Of a stretch of 34,302 nt of DNA, positions 1 through 11,411 are shown piece after piece (positions within the stretch are counted from its first letter, which is position 1; each line of letters opens with the position of its first letter). Source of the stretch: Hydrurus foetidus (lineage: Eukaryota); contig UYFQ01000320.1 of assembly GCA_900617105.1 (NCBI GenBank), forward strand, positions 1 to 34,302, in the 5' to 3' direction. A program made the translations under genes and the position numbers. Under the pieces are notes generated by a model, which had not been told where the DNA came from, ran no database searches, and worked only from the letters and a program-made list of their open reading frames with translations.

Positions 1-112
1 TTTTTCCTTTGTACCCGCGGTCTTTGATGTCGCGAGTATCGCGGTTTTCGTTGCGATCGGTGTCGCGATTGTCTTTGCGGTCGTTGTCGCGGTTGGACCG
101 GTCGTTGTTGCG

Positions 113-146
<34 letters not shown>

Positions 147-2158
147 TGCTTTGGCTTTGTTGTTCTTGCTGTTGTTGTTGTTGTTCTTGCGAGGGTCGTC
201 TTTTGCAGCGGGACCCATGTCAGTTTCGACGTCGTCGGTTGGGTAGACGTATGTTGCCGCGCCAGGATTGTTGGTTGTCCTGGTCATTTCGCCATTGAGT
301 AGGACGTTTGGGACGAAATGGTCGTGGCCAATTCTCCTGAACTCCGTTGCCAACGTGGATTGACTCCACGTGGTATACGAGTTGTTGCAATGAGGATTCA
401 TGAAATTGCGACAATCGTAGCGATTGTGTCCTTGGCGACCGCAGGTGTGGCAATTATCGATTGTTTTGCTCAGACCTGGGTAGGCGTCGGATTCGCGTTT
501 GGGTATCGTGCGGTAGGAGGCGGAGAGCTGCGTTGTGTTGCTGGACGACAATGAGTCGGGCGTGATTTTGGTCTCGAAGTCGTAACGAAGACCACCCATG
601 TTGGACGCGTTGATAACTGTTTGCCGAGCTTCACTGAGGCAGAGATTCATTCGGCACAACATGTTTGGGATGGAATCCTTTTGTTGTTTCTTGTTTTGTC
701 CTTTGTAATGTTCATGAAGTTTTCAGTGAACTTATTATCAAGAGGGAGCTTTTTGTAGATGATCTTACAGATCTCATGTTGGCGGTCTGCAGGTATATTG
801 TCGTAGCTGCCGTAGTATCCGAAGAGGATGTCTCGGAGTCGTGCAATTGCCGCCAACTCTACGTTTGGGTTTTGCCATTTGATCTTCATTTGCCAGTTTT
901 TCAGGGCAAGGTCCAAGTCATAGGTAGACTCTGTGGCGCGATCACTGAAGAAGAGTTTCTTGAGATCGGTGGCCATGTCGCGAATGGACAGGAGTTTGTC
1001 GTCGATGATGGGCCAGGTTTGACACATTTTGATTGTGTATCCGAGAGTCTTTCGATTTTGAAGGAGACTGTCTCGGATCACATGGACAGCTTCGTCTTCG
1101 ATGAGATCCTTCCAAGGTGCATTAAACTGAGGGCGGTGCGCCTGTGTATAGAACTTTCGGGCTGTGCCGTCCATGTCCTTCAGTAATGTCTCACGTGTTA
1201 CATAGAACACTTCCTTCATGTTGATGAGGGAGGTTGTGAGTGCTTGGGGTGTTCGTTGTTGTTCGAAGACTGTGTCAGCCTCGTCGGTTTTGCGCTTGCG
1301 GTTTGAAGTGGCAGCCGCTTTCGTGGAAGCTGTCGCTGACTTCTTTGCAGCCGCTACCGTTGCTTTCGACGTTTTGGACCTGGTGGCACGCGTGGGTTTG
1401 TCTTCAGATTGGGCGGCAGAGAGTGGTTTTGCTTCCCTTGTTTTGGCAAGGGGTTTGATTGGCATAGCCCTCTTCTTTTTTGGTTTTGGTGACGGTGGGG
1501 TTGACGCCTCCGACTCACTTTGATCTTCCTCGTCCGATTTGGTCTTGGTATCGTCGGGGTTGTTGTCTTTCTCTTCGTCCTCGTCGTTGGTTTGTTCGTC
1601 TTCCGCCTCTTCCGAGGCGTTGTCAGACACCGAGGCGTTATCATCGTCGGAGAGAATTTCCTTCGGAGATTTTTTGGTACCGATTTTGTCGTCGCCCTCT
1701 TCCGTTTGAGAAGGATTGATATCCTCTTCTTCGGTTTGGGGTCGGATTGGAGAGCCATCCTCATCTGACTGAGGGTTTAGACTGTGTAAGTCATTTGTCT
1801 CTTGCATCCAGGCTGACAAGTCTTTCAGTTCTTGATCTTCGAGATCAGATCTGTTGTCAGCCTGTTCCTGCAGCACTTCAAGTCGCACGCGATTGCGTTC
1901 ACGTTCTTGTTGTAGCTGCAGGAAGCGTGCTTCGTTTGCCGCCAATTCATCGGATACGCGCGTATGGGTGCTCGAGGCTTTGATAGCCGATTTGCCCAGC
2001 GTCTTCATGGAGTTGGCTATATTGTCTTCTCGAGCGAGACGCTCGAGTTTAGCCTTCTCTTTATCCGATAGGAAGAGGATATTTTGGGGTTTGGGGCGTT
2101 TGGAAGACGAGCTAGCTTCGCTAGAGCTCTCTTTCTTGGTTTTTTGGGCCTTAACCAT
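1..2158 (-). pseudogene. gag: Gag-like protein of element A with one frameshift near 680
   Basis: 503-aa ORF 647-2158 continues in another frame (KDSIPNMLCRMNLCLSEARQ...) to the zinc knuckle CHTCGRQGHNRYDC at 411-452, then N/Q-rich sequence. Confidence 0.75.
113..146. repeat. (TTG)n/(CAA)n microsatellite in the gag C-terminal region
   Basis: Run of ttg triplets, read directly. Confidence 0.85.
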
Positions 2159-2711
2159 CGTGGAAATTTGGTCGCCGTTATCTCACTGGAACTCTGCGTC
2201 TTGGACAGCGACGGGACTCGGACGCGGTGATGTAGGGAAAAGAGGAGTAGGTTGTTCGAGGGTGAGGACTAGTAGGTAAAGGATGTGGTAGTAGGAGTCA
2301 GAGGGATTGGAATGGTTTGGTGCGATTTCGGGAGGAAATCGCAACAAAATTTGGACGTGGGCGGTGGCTTCGTAAGGAACGAAGCTGGGCGTGGGCGCGT
2401 TGGATTTCGTTCGTGAACGAGTTTGGGAGGTGTTACTTGCTTGCAAGTTCCTTTCCTTCGTAAGCCTTCGCGTAGAAGAGCTGCACGATATTTTGGGAAT
2501 AAATCGCCAATATTTGAGGTCGCGAACGACTACGATTCAGAGGCTGTCGCGTTGACGAGACCTTTGTAGTATCGTTTGGGGTGGTTTTCACTCTTAGAGA
2601 GTTACTCAACTTGTTTGCGCAGACTCTTTTACGGTCGTTGCGGGGTTTTTGATTTGGACGTTTGGTCAACTTGGATCTTAGAGATCGCTAGTTGGTTCCA
2701 AATACCGGTAT

Positions 2712-2928
2712 TGTGGCCTCACTAGGATCTGGGCACTGGGAGCGGGACGGCAGGGAGCGGGAGCAAGGGAAAGGGTGCTGGAAGAGCTATTGCTATGGAA
2801 ACAATATGGTTAGCTTACAGGTAAACACAGCAGGTATCATGGCAATGAATCGGATGGATCGGATCGTCCTCGATCCGGTCCGAACGTACGCCTGTACCCG
2901 TACAGCCCGTACGGGTGTGCGGGTCACA
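2712..2928 (-). repeat. 5' LTR of gypsy element A (217 bp)
   Basis: TGTG...CACA termini. Clear similarity to 4603-4827, including the shared block atcggatggatcggatcgtcctcgatccg. Confidence 0.75.
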
Positions 2929-4827
2929 GTGGGCAGGTATGTGTCGAGAAAGTAGGCAGGTTGGCTTGATCGTGGAATGCTTGGATGGTGGCGGGACCGT
3001 GTGTCAAGAGTTTCTCGGCATTGAGCATGAATACCTAATTCATGTTGATGAGTGTACGTCGCTGCTGGTAATTCTCGTCTGATAAGACTGAGGTATCACT
3101 CTGCTCATTGTCGATATCCTCTTCCACCTTCCGCCTGCGTGCTGACGCTGTTGTTTTTGATTTCAACGCGGTGCTTGCAGTCGTAGACGTCTTTGGTTTC
3201 GACTTAGGAGTAGGGATGGTCTTTTTGGACACCTCTTCTTTAGACTCCTTTGCTGTAGCAGATTTAGGCTGCTCAGACTTCTTAATCTTTGATGGCACTG
3301 TGATCTTCTTCCTTGTGGAAAGCTTTTTGATTTGTTTGGGTGGAGACTGAGCCTTGCGCTTTTTAGGAGCGGCTGACTAAACTGACCCGTCTGACGATCG
3401 ATTGTCCTTATCCGAGATTGACTCGGCGTCTTTGACGTTGTTGTCGTCGTCGTCATTGTAACCCTCGTCCCCTTCTTCCTCTTCCGACTCCAAGTCCACC
3501 TCCATGGAGGTTTGGACTCTGATCGTTCGAGATGATTTTCTCACTGGGACGGGCTCACTCTCGATTGATTTTACATCGTCGTGGATGTCTTCGTTTTGAG
3601 ACTGCTTGTCTTTCTCGTTGCCTCCTCTTCTTCGTTTCAGTTTCCCTTTGAGGCTTTCTCCACATCGATGGTTTTGGCTACTGAGGTACTAGAGCACGGA
3701 CAAGATCGAGTACAGAGCTCTCGCCCTCTTCTCACTTCTTAGTCCGTTGCTTCCAGGAGATATGCGATCATTGCCACGTCTTCTACAGTTTCTGTGTCTG
3801 ATGCTGTCCGAGCATTTTGGATTCGCTTGTGCTCAGAAGAGCATTCGGAGTTGCGGGCTGCAATCTCGTCGGGAATGCGTGTAGCGGTGGCTGAGGCCTT
3901 TATGGCTTGTCTGGCCATAGTGGCGTTGCTTCTGGCAATGTTATCGGCTTTAATTTTCTCATCAGCCTTTCGCGCCTTGCGAATGCTAAGCACAGGTGTG
4001 CTTGCTGGGCCGAAGGAGCTCAAACTTGCCCCTGTGGAGGCTGACCTGTCATGAATATCTTGAGCTTCCACTGTCTTCGTCTTCGCTACGATTATGGTAG
4101 GTAATTTATTGAAGGGACCGCGACGGAACTCGGACGCGGTGGATTTAGAAAGAAGGATAGGTTGAACTTTTGTGAAGACAGGCGGGTATAGAGTGGAGTA
4201 GTAGGAAAAGGAGGATTGGAATGGTTTCATCGGAAATTGACGAGAATTTCTAGAGGAAATTTCTCGGCGAAGCCTGCCGAGCGAGCAATCCCACGAATGG
4301 AGCGTTGCTTCTGGGTCGTTGGGCAGCGCTTTCAACGATGAAAGCTACTGTTCGAGCTTCGGCTTTCGTGTAACGAAAGTTTTCGATGCAAATTTGGGAT
4401 TTCTTGAGGAATCACTGGAATCGAGCTTCATCAAGACGAAGGGATAGAAGCTGTCGCTTTGCGAATCAACTCTCTATATAGTCTAATAGTCGTTTCTGTT
4501 TAAGAAAGCTATTGACAAAGAGAGTCTGCTAGCAGTTTGGGCAATCTTAAATTGGTAATCGGCTTTCTTTGAGGAAGGTTTACTGATTCCAAGTAAGCTT
4601 ACTGTGGTCTCAGAAGAGCCTTGACAGGAACAGGGAACTGGACGGCGGATGTCGAAGAGAAAGTGGCTATGGAACGATGCTAAAAGGATAGCAATGTGAT
4701 TAGTTTACAGATAAGCACAGCAAGTATCATGCAACAAATCGGATGGATCGGATCGTCCTCGATCCGAACCGTGAGTACGTCTGTGCCCGCACACGGTATA
4801 CACGGCACACGTGGTGTACGGGTCACA
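2929..4827 (-). mobile_element. Ty3/gypsy element B, 5' part (LTR + degraded gag N-terminus), inserted into the RT of element C
   Basis: ORF 3739-4335 (KADNIARSNATMARQAIKASATATRIPDEIAA) is homologous to gag A (REDNIANSMKTLGKSAIKASSTHTRVSDELAA). Its LTR abuts the RT motif RFCIDY at 4828. Confidence 0.75.
4603..4827 (-). repeat. 5' LTR of gypsy element B (225 bp)
   Basis: Minus strand TGTGACCCG...GACCACA; homologous to 2712-2928. Confidence 0.75.
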
Positions 4828-5802
4828 CCGATTCTGTATTGACTATCGTCACCTCAACGATACAACGGAGTCAGCAAGTTGGCTAATCCCTAATAACAAA
4901 CAAATATTAGAGATTGAGTTCACAAAAAGCAGACACATTCTGTGCAATAGACCCCACTGCAGGATATCACCAAGCACTGTTAACACTAAGTACTCGTGTG
5001 TACACAGCGTTTATAACCTTTATGGGCATTTACCATTTAGCCCGACTACCTTTCGGACCCAGAACAGCCCCCTCATGTTTCCAAGAAATGATGGCCACAA
5101 TAGTCCTTTTGGGACTAATATACCAAATCTGTGAAGTATACCTCGACGATATCATCGTTTATGGTAATGGATTTGAACAATTCTGTGAACGATAAGAAAT
5201 TGTTTTTCAACGTCTCGAAGAGAAAAACAATTCACTAAAAGCAGCAAAGCTTAAACAAAACGTAAAATTAGTTGAATATGTTGGTAAACAAATATCTAAA
5301 GAAGGTATAACTACAGTTCCAAAAAAATAAGAGGAGTGACCGACTTTCCTATGCCAAGAAAGACGACCGAACTAAGATTGTTCTCGGACTCACCAATTAT
5401 TTTCGGGATCATGTACCAAAGCGCACTAATGTGGTAGCACCACTGCATAAAATGATAGATCACGCCGCAAAAAAGCAATCAATGCTAATCTGGACAGACG
5501 CCGCCGCTAATTCTTTCCAAATGGTCAAAGATCTAATTGCACAGAGTCCTTTACTATATTTCATACACGATACAACGCCCATAACCCTTATGACCAATGC
5601 GCCGGATTACGGTACAGGCGGCTATTTACTATTTTTCATGCACAATGCAGTGCCAATAACTCTCAAGATCGATCCGTCGGATTGCGGCATAGGCGGCTAC
5701 TTGTATCGAGAAGTCGACGGGGAAAAACAACTCGTCGCTCTTGTCAGCAAGTCTCTTACCAAGACTGAACTAAAATGGTCAGATATATCATCGCTGAACT
5801 TA
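4828..5802 (+). pseudogene. pol: Gypsy element C pol: reverse transcriptase and RNase H N-terminus (frameshifts, stops)
   Basis: RFCIDYRHLN, AGYHQ, TAFIT, RLPFG, YLDDIIVYG, then DPSDCGIGGYL...SKSLTKTELKWS. Confidence 0.92.
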
Positions 5803-6179
5803 CCGTCGAGTGCCATATGTTTTGTATTTGACTTGTATGGTGTGGGGTAAAAAAAGGTCGTTAGAGCACCTCTGTTACTACATCACAGTAATCACTGACA
5901 GAAACAGCATTACTACTCTCCATACATCACAACTTCATCAATAATTGACCTCGATAGCTGATTTTTCTCCGCGCTTCATCTTTGACATCTGTGTTTTGGT
6001 GGCAGGCGCTGTCGACGTGCCTCGTAAATTTTAGCCAACGTCCTATCAAGGTTTGAAAGGCTCCTTTATTTCTGCCATGGACATGTGTTTTCCTCCATAC
6101 ACCACTATGCCGATCGAAGTGAAGATTGACGATTTGCAGGCATCTCGGCAAAATACTTTAATATCCCGCCAGGTTGTGG

Positions 6180-6193
6180 AATTCAGACGCCCC
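6180..6193 (+). repeat. Inner 14-bp inverted repeat of element 1 (AATTCAGACGCCCC), partner at 9552-9565
   Basis: Exact reverse complement of GGGGCGTCTGAATT at 9552-9565. Confidence 0.85.
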
Positions 6194-6225
6194 TAAATCA
6201 AAAAGAAGCAGCAACAAATTTTGTG

Positions 6226-6833
6226 ATGAGAGAAGTTTTATAATTTTGAACACGCGGAAGAGGAACTTTTGCGCTGAGGAAAGACCTGAAAGCTGTCAAA
6301 GGACTGGTTTGCGATCTACGGAGGAATCCAGATAATCTTCACGGTGCGGCTTTGTCGAGATATACCTTTAAGTCAGCATTAGCTTCACGGATGATCTGTC
6401 AGCATACAACTCACTTCGTGAGTACATAACTTTGATGGCATTTCAATGACAACACCCTTCAATTCACCATTATGCAGATACGAATTGCGTACAAATTATA
6501 GCTCCAGATGATACAGCTGCAGTACATCCTGCAACATACTATCCAGGAGAGCGACTTGGAAATATCAGCCGTGATGCCGCTTCTGTACTCTCGGAGCCAA
6601 TGGACGCACCAAGTCCGCAATTAGATGAGTGCAATGTGTACAGTGTGGGTTACACATTTGTTTGTATACTTCTTGAGGATTCTAGCCATCGCCCTGCAGG
6701 TTTTCTAGTTAAAATAATGGTATACTCTATAAATTCTGATTTATGGACACAAAAACTTTTCGACATTCTAAAAGAGAAAGAGATGAAACCAACAAAGATG
6801 AAACCAACAAAACTAATCAAAATCGAAGTGTAA
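6226..6833 (+). pseudogene. HIRAN-like domain gene of element 1 (predicted intron 6344-6477; 5' part degraded, start approximate)
   Basis: Spliced translation DLRRNPDNLH-D-TNCVQII...PGERLGNISRDAASVLSEPMD fits the HIRAN pattern LxREPxNxxDxNAIxV...GxxxGxIPRxxAxxLAxxxD. A homolog is present in element 2. Confidence 0.7.
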
Positions 6834-6876
6834 AAGTATAATTACAATATACAACTTGCAATATGCAATATATACA

Positions 6877-9500
6877 TTAATTATCGTTTTCATCATCACT
6901 ATCATCAACGTCATCGGTTATTTCTACAACATCGTTATTTTTTGCATAATGTTCTAGAATTGCTCTCTCTAAATATTCGATATTATCAAAATCTTCTTCT
7001 TTTTCTTTTTCTTTTTCATCATCTGAACAGATATCAATCGTACCTTCTGGAACTACAGATAGAGTTCCACATAATTGCTCCTTTTTGTATTTTACGAATG
7101 AGGAAGGTTCAGTATTGGTCTCCGAGGGTATTGGAAATGTTCCCGTCTTGATGAAAGTTCTGTGGATACATTCTTTGAAATTTTTCTCTGTCATCTGTTC
7201 GTTGAACAATCGGATTAAGTCTTGGATACCTTCCAACATTGTAGGCTTTGGCGGATTAAAGTCCAATAATTTACGCTGCACTCGGGGGAGCTTGTTATTG
7301 ATAGCTCTCTCTTCTTTGTACTCGTGGAAGCTTCTGTACAATCTATTCGCTCTATTTGTTCGTATATGAGCCTTTAATGGACCATTTACCACTAGGTCCA
7401 GGACCTGCAGCTCTCCAGTCATATTTTTGGGTAAAAATACAACATCCACCCCGATTTCTCGTATGACATCCATTACACAGGTAGTCTTGTGGCTACCACA
7501 ATTATCACACCAGAGTATCATTTTTCCAATGCTGTCTTTTATTGGTTTTATTAAAACTTCAAACCATAAGATCATTCGCACCGTGTCGTTCCAAGCTTTC
7601 ACCTGACTTGTGATTACATGACCCGTTTCTTCATGTATAATGTAGAGTACCTTGTGCATTGCTGTCACACCATTTATAATAAGCTCACGACTCCATTCCT
7701 TTAGCTTCCAACCATCATTAATAGTAAATCCGTCTTTTTTGTTCAATTCACGGATCACTGTCATAGTGGTCTGATCAGGTTTCTTCTCTGAGCAGACGGA
7801 GTGCTTTATGATGAGCATTAGAGGGGCGAAATTACCCTCGGCACTAACTGCAATTACAGCTGTGATTCTCAACTTTGTATTGGAGATTCCTATATTTGTA
7901 GCTCGCGCTTGATTTATCGGACAGTAGACATGTGTGGGACCTATTGCCCACGTAAAGGCAGTTTCATCGAAATTGTAACACGATCTAGCTGTGTGCTCAT
8001 TCTCGATTAACTTTTTCTGACCGATTCTCAATACGGCAGCAATTTCTTCATCCGAAGGTACTACCTTGTCCTCTCTCGTTATTTTTCTTCGTGTTACTCC
8101 TCCGCGCAGAAGGAATGATTTAACCCATTTACTTGTAAACTTCATATTTTTTATTTCCTCATTGCATAATCAAACTTCTCTAGCTTGAACATCTTTTGTA
8201 ACATTATCGTCTCTACTATCGAATATGAGTATGTAACATTAACAATGACTCTAACATCCTTTTTTATTTCCTGTAGAATATGAAAAAACAATATCGTTAC
8301 TCGTGTACAAAACATATGGTGAACACGGAATACAGTTTTTTTACATACCTCATCTGTGCTTTGTTCCATAACACACATCATCAAATTGCCCCAAATTTCT
8401 GACTCAAATGATTCGTTGATTTTGCGACCAGGTTTCTTCTCGACATGAGCTTTTAAGGAATACCAGCGCCTCATGGTTCGATCAGAAATTTGAGAATAAT
8501 ACGGTATTTGAGATAGCAATTGTACTACAGCTAAAGATGACACATAGTCGGCGTCCTTGTAATCACGAGTATATGCAACTTCGCGCACAATTTCGAAGAG
8601 AGCAATTACGTTTTTACGATCTTCATCACCGAACACTACATATTTTCTTGGGAGGTCAGTATATGCTCGGATTATTTTTTCATCATTTTCGAAATCTTTA
8701 GTAATCATATTCACTACTTCTTCTTTTTCTTTTTCCTCTTCTTCTTCATTTTCATTATCTTCTTCATTGTCACTATCATTTTCATTTTCATCTTCAATTT
8801 CATTATGCATGCTATTTGTAAGCATTTCATCATATTTTATTTTCCTTACAACTGCTACTTTGATTGCAGACTGTAAATAGAATAATGAATCCTTCTCACC
8901 GAATTTCTCTTCTATTGAAGTAACGAGTTTATTTGTACTTAGACTGATCGCTTTCTGTCGGAGTTTGGAGGGTGATTTCCGTACACGAGTTTTTTTTTCA
9001 GGTTTTTTTTTTAGCAATTTTAACAGCACTGGGTAGAACAAATTGCCGAACACAGAAGATGGAGATGAGTGAGAAGAAGGCTCGTAATTATTCTTTAAAA
9101 AAAGACAATTTCTGATGTGAACTATTCTGGCCATCAGATCCGAAAACGCTTCCAACTCAGGACGGCTACTACAATCGTAATTACTAAATTTTATTTCTAT
9201 TGTTCGCTGCGCACCAGTGAGGTCGAAGAAGTCAGGAACAGACTTCGATTTGGTTGATACTACAACAGTATCCATGCCCATTTTATTGAGTTGCTTCTGG
9301 AATAATGATAACCCATGAGACAAGGCAACTGGATCAATAAAAAGATCAGCCTTCGTAGGAGAGTTTTTGGGGAGAAGTTTATTCATTTTCTCGCTAAGTC
9401 CAGTTGCCGTCCATTGAATATCACTTTGTATCATCCTTGAGTCATATCTAGCTAGAATGTTAGCGACCGAAGGCGCAATAGTCAGCAGATAGCTGATAGT
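6877..9500 (-). pseudogene. DDE_1/pogo-like DD35D transposase with long N-terminal extension (intron 8271-8348; frameshift near 8150-8200; start approximate)
   Basis: CENP-B-like FTSKWVKSFLLR, then NFDETA, WCDNCGSHK and LQVLD with 35 aa between D2 and D3. GTATGT donor and CTACAG acceptor; the same intron position occurs in element 2. Confidence 0.88.
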
Positions 9501-9918
9501 CCTTTGTTTTCCCCTTCTTTTTGCCTGGACATTATGGACGCTTAATGTTAGGGGGCGTCTGAATTGCAGTAATAAAACATTTTTTAAGCACTTTTATCCT
9601 TTAACTCCAATGCTCAAAACTTACTCATAGTTTGTGGTTCCATCGATACCGACCGCAAAGATGATGATGAAGTATGAGATGCAAATCTGTGAGCGTGGAG
9701 TTTGTGAGCTATGCTGCCATCATCCAAATAAAAATTGGCCAGTGCGCTAGCTCCTAATGACTCGAAGCAGCAATGCTGCGCAGAATTGATGGTCGTGCAA
9801 TATTGACTGAGTTGTGATGGAGGACATTCATCAGTATATTATGTCCTATTATGTGCAGGATCGACGAAAAAATGTCAAACGACCGTTTCAAATACAAAAC
9901 ATATGGCACTCGACGGTA

Positions 9919-10671
9919 TGTCAATGGACTGCTACGAGATCGTACATTCGCTATCCTGACAGACCACGAAAATTTTACGCTCCTGGAAAAGGATAATGAC
10001 GAGATGGTGGGCAGATGGCGTATGGCCCTGCAGGAACTAGAATACACGATAGGGTATATCCCGGGGAAAAAAAAAAATTGCTGACGCAATGTCTCGCCTA
10101 TGTTTTAACAGAATGCTACCTAAAACAGGGGTAATAGCAGCAATTCTAACAGACAAACCAGTGACGACAGAGCAATATAATCTAATTGCAACATGTTATA
10201 ACACGATTGTAAGACATGGTAGTGTACAACGCACGCTGCATAGTTTAAATAAAACAAACAAGATATGGCTGGGAATGCGCGACGCAGTAAAAACATTCAT
10301 TAAAAATTGTCCTTGTTGCCAAAAGATGTCGGCAATGAAATATCCCATCAAGGCATACAGGTACACGACATCAACATATAAACCAATGAAATGTCTCAAC
10401 ATTGACTTCATTGATCCATTCCCAGATAAAGGATATATCCTTGTTATGATCGACACCTTTTCATGGTTTTTCGAACTCTACGCAAAAGCTGGTGCCACAG
10501 CTAAATCAGCGTGCACAGCACTCGTAGAACACGTGTGGCGATGCGGCTCACCGTGTATTCTTCGATCAGATAATGGACCACACTGTGCAAGCCGCATCAT
10601 TGATAAGTTTGTGAAAATTGTTGGAACAACACACAACAAAATCTTACCATACCGTTTGGATGAAAATGCTA
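9919..10671 (+). pseudogene. pol: Gypsy element C pol: RNase H C-terminus and integrase core
   Basis: LLRDRTFAILTDH...RWRMALQE; Zn-binding region HGSV...CPCCQK; LNIDFI, MIDTFS, RSDNG. Confidence 0.92.
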
Positions 10672-11033
10672 CCGTCTCCCTTCCTTTTATTTATTTCATT
10701 TTCGGTAATCCGGTCACTTCTGGTCTCCATTCTGAGCACAGGAAGTAGTAGTTGACACTGCATCTCACAATCTAAGAAGTACAGCAGTTTAGTGAATATT
10801 CCAAGCTATCTCACGCTGTTCAGCGTTCTGGACGACCGCAACCTTTAATCGCAGATATCTCGAAGGATTCGTCTTTCACTGTGAAAATCAATTCTATTTT
10901 CTCTTTGGCGCAGCAACAGCTTTATTACAAGAAGATATCAGGTTGTAGGACATTTCAAATGACTGCACGAAGTTTGATTCAAACGTGACATGCAATCAAG
11001 TTACCATCGCATATAAGAGTGCATTCTAAATTT

Positions 11034-11047
11034 TGTCCGGAGATTTC
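11034..11047 (+). repeat. Inner 14-bp inverted repeat of element 2 (TGTCCGGAGATTTC), partner at 22058-22071
   Basis: Exact reverse complement of GAAATCTCCGGACA at 22058-22071. Confidence 0.85.
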
Positions 11048-11104
11048 TGAGATGTTTATCGTTTCTAATTTTACGCCACTGAATGCTGTCTCCTTAGGAG
11101 TGAG

Positions 11105-11411
11105 ATGGAATCTTTAGCGAGAGAGTATTGTGCGCACACTGTTGCAATTGTCATTGTTCTACATCCGATAGGGTTAGGTCAACTTTCGCCGAATGACTTG
11201 TCTGTTGAAGTAAATAACTCGGAGTATGGTGTATCGCCGGATTTTACAGTCAATCCCTTAGCGTTGCATCAGGGATTTCATGTTCAAAAAATCTATTCGT
11301 AAGCTGGGACATACTATGATTCAAATGGGTTGTAAAGGGATACCTTCTGTTGCAGAGTTCATGGATCTTCCGGAGGCTGAAATTGGATGGGATATAGTTT
11401 TCTTCCATAGT
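11105..11411 (+). pseudogene. Element 2 transposase, N-terminal fragment 1
   Basis: NPLALHQGF/MFKKSIRKLG...SVAEFMDL aligns by eye to element 1 DPVALSHGLSLFQKQLNKMG...SVPDFFDL. Confidence 0.75.

Larger units (their letters stand above)
1..2928 (-). mobile_element. Ty3/gypsy LTR retrotransposon A, 5' part (LTR, leader, gag); continues left of the window; inserted into the gag of element B
   Basis: LTR 2712-2928 (minus strand TGTGACCC...GGCCACA) followed by gag with a CCHC knuckle. Element B gag-like sequence lies immediately on the other side (2929 onward). Confidence 0.8.
5803..9916 (-). mobile_element. pogo-like (Tc1/mariner superfamily) DNA transposon 1, 4114 bp, with transposase and HIRAN-like gene
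   Basis: Perfect 29-bp TIRs CCGTCGAGTGCCATATGTTTTGTATTTGA (5803-5831; 9888-9916). TA duplicated at 5801-2 and 9917-8. The flanks rejoin into gypsy RNase H (...TYVNGLLRDR). Confidence 0.93.

Noticed and set aside
647..700. Programmed frameshift in gypsy A gag
   Set aside because: It lies upstream of the zinc knuckle rather than at the gag-pol junction; a simple indel is more likely.
665..2279. Many plus-strand ORFs over gag A, and similar antisense ORFs elsewhere (e.g. 15382-15930, 16779-17288, 33509-33832)
   Set aside because: Shadow frames of real coding or low-complexity sequence with no motifs.
6180..9565. GGGGCGTCTGAATT next to TAA/TTA as ends of a separate Harbinger element
   Set aside because: The orientation would be inside-out, and element 2 has an analogous pair at the same offsets without TWA. 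Better explained as internal repeats.
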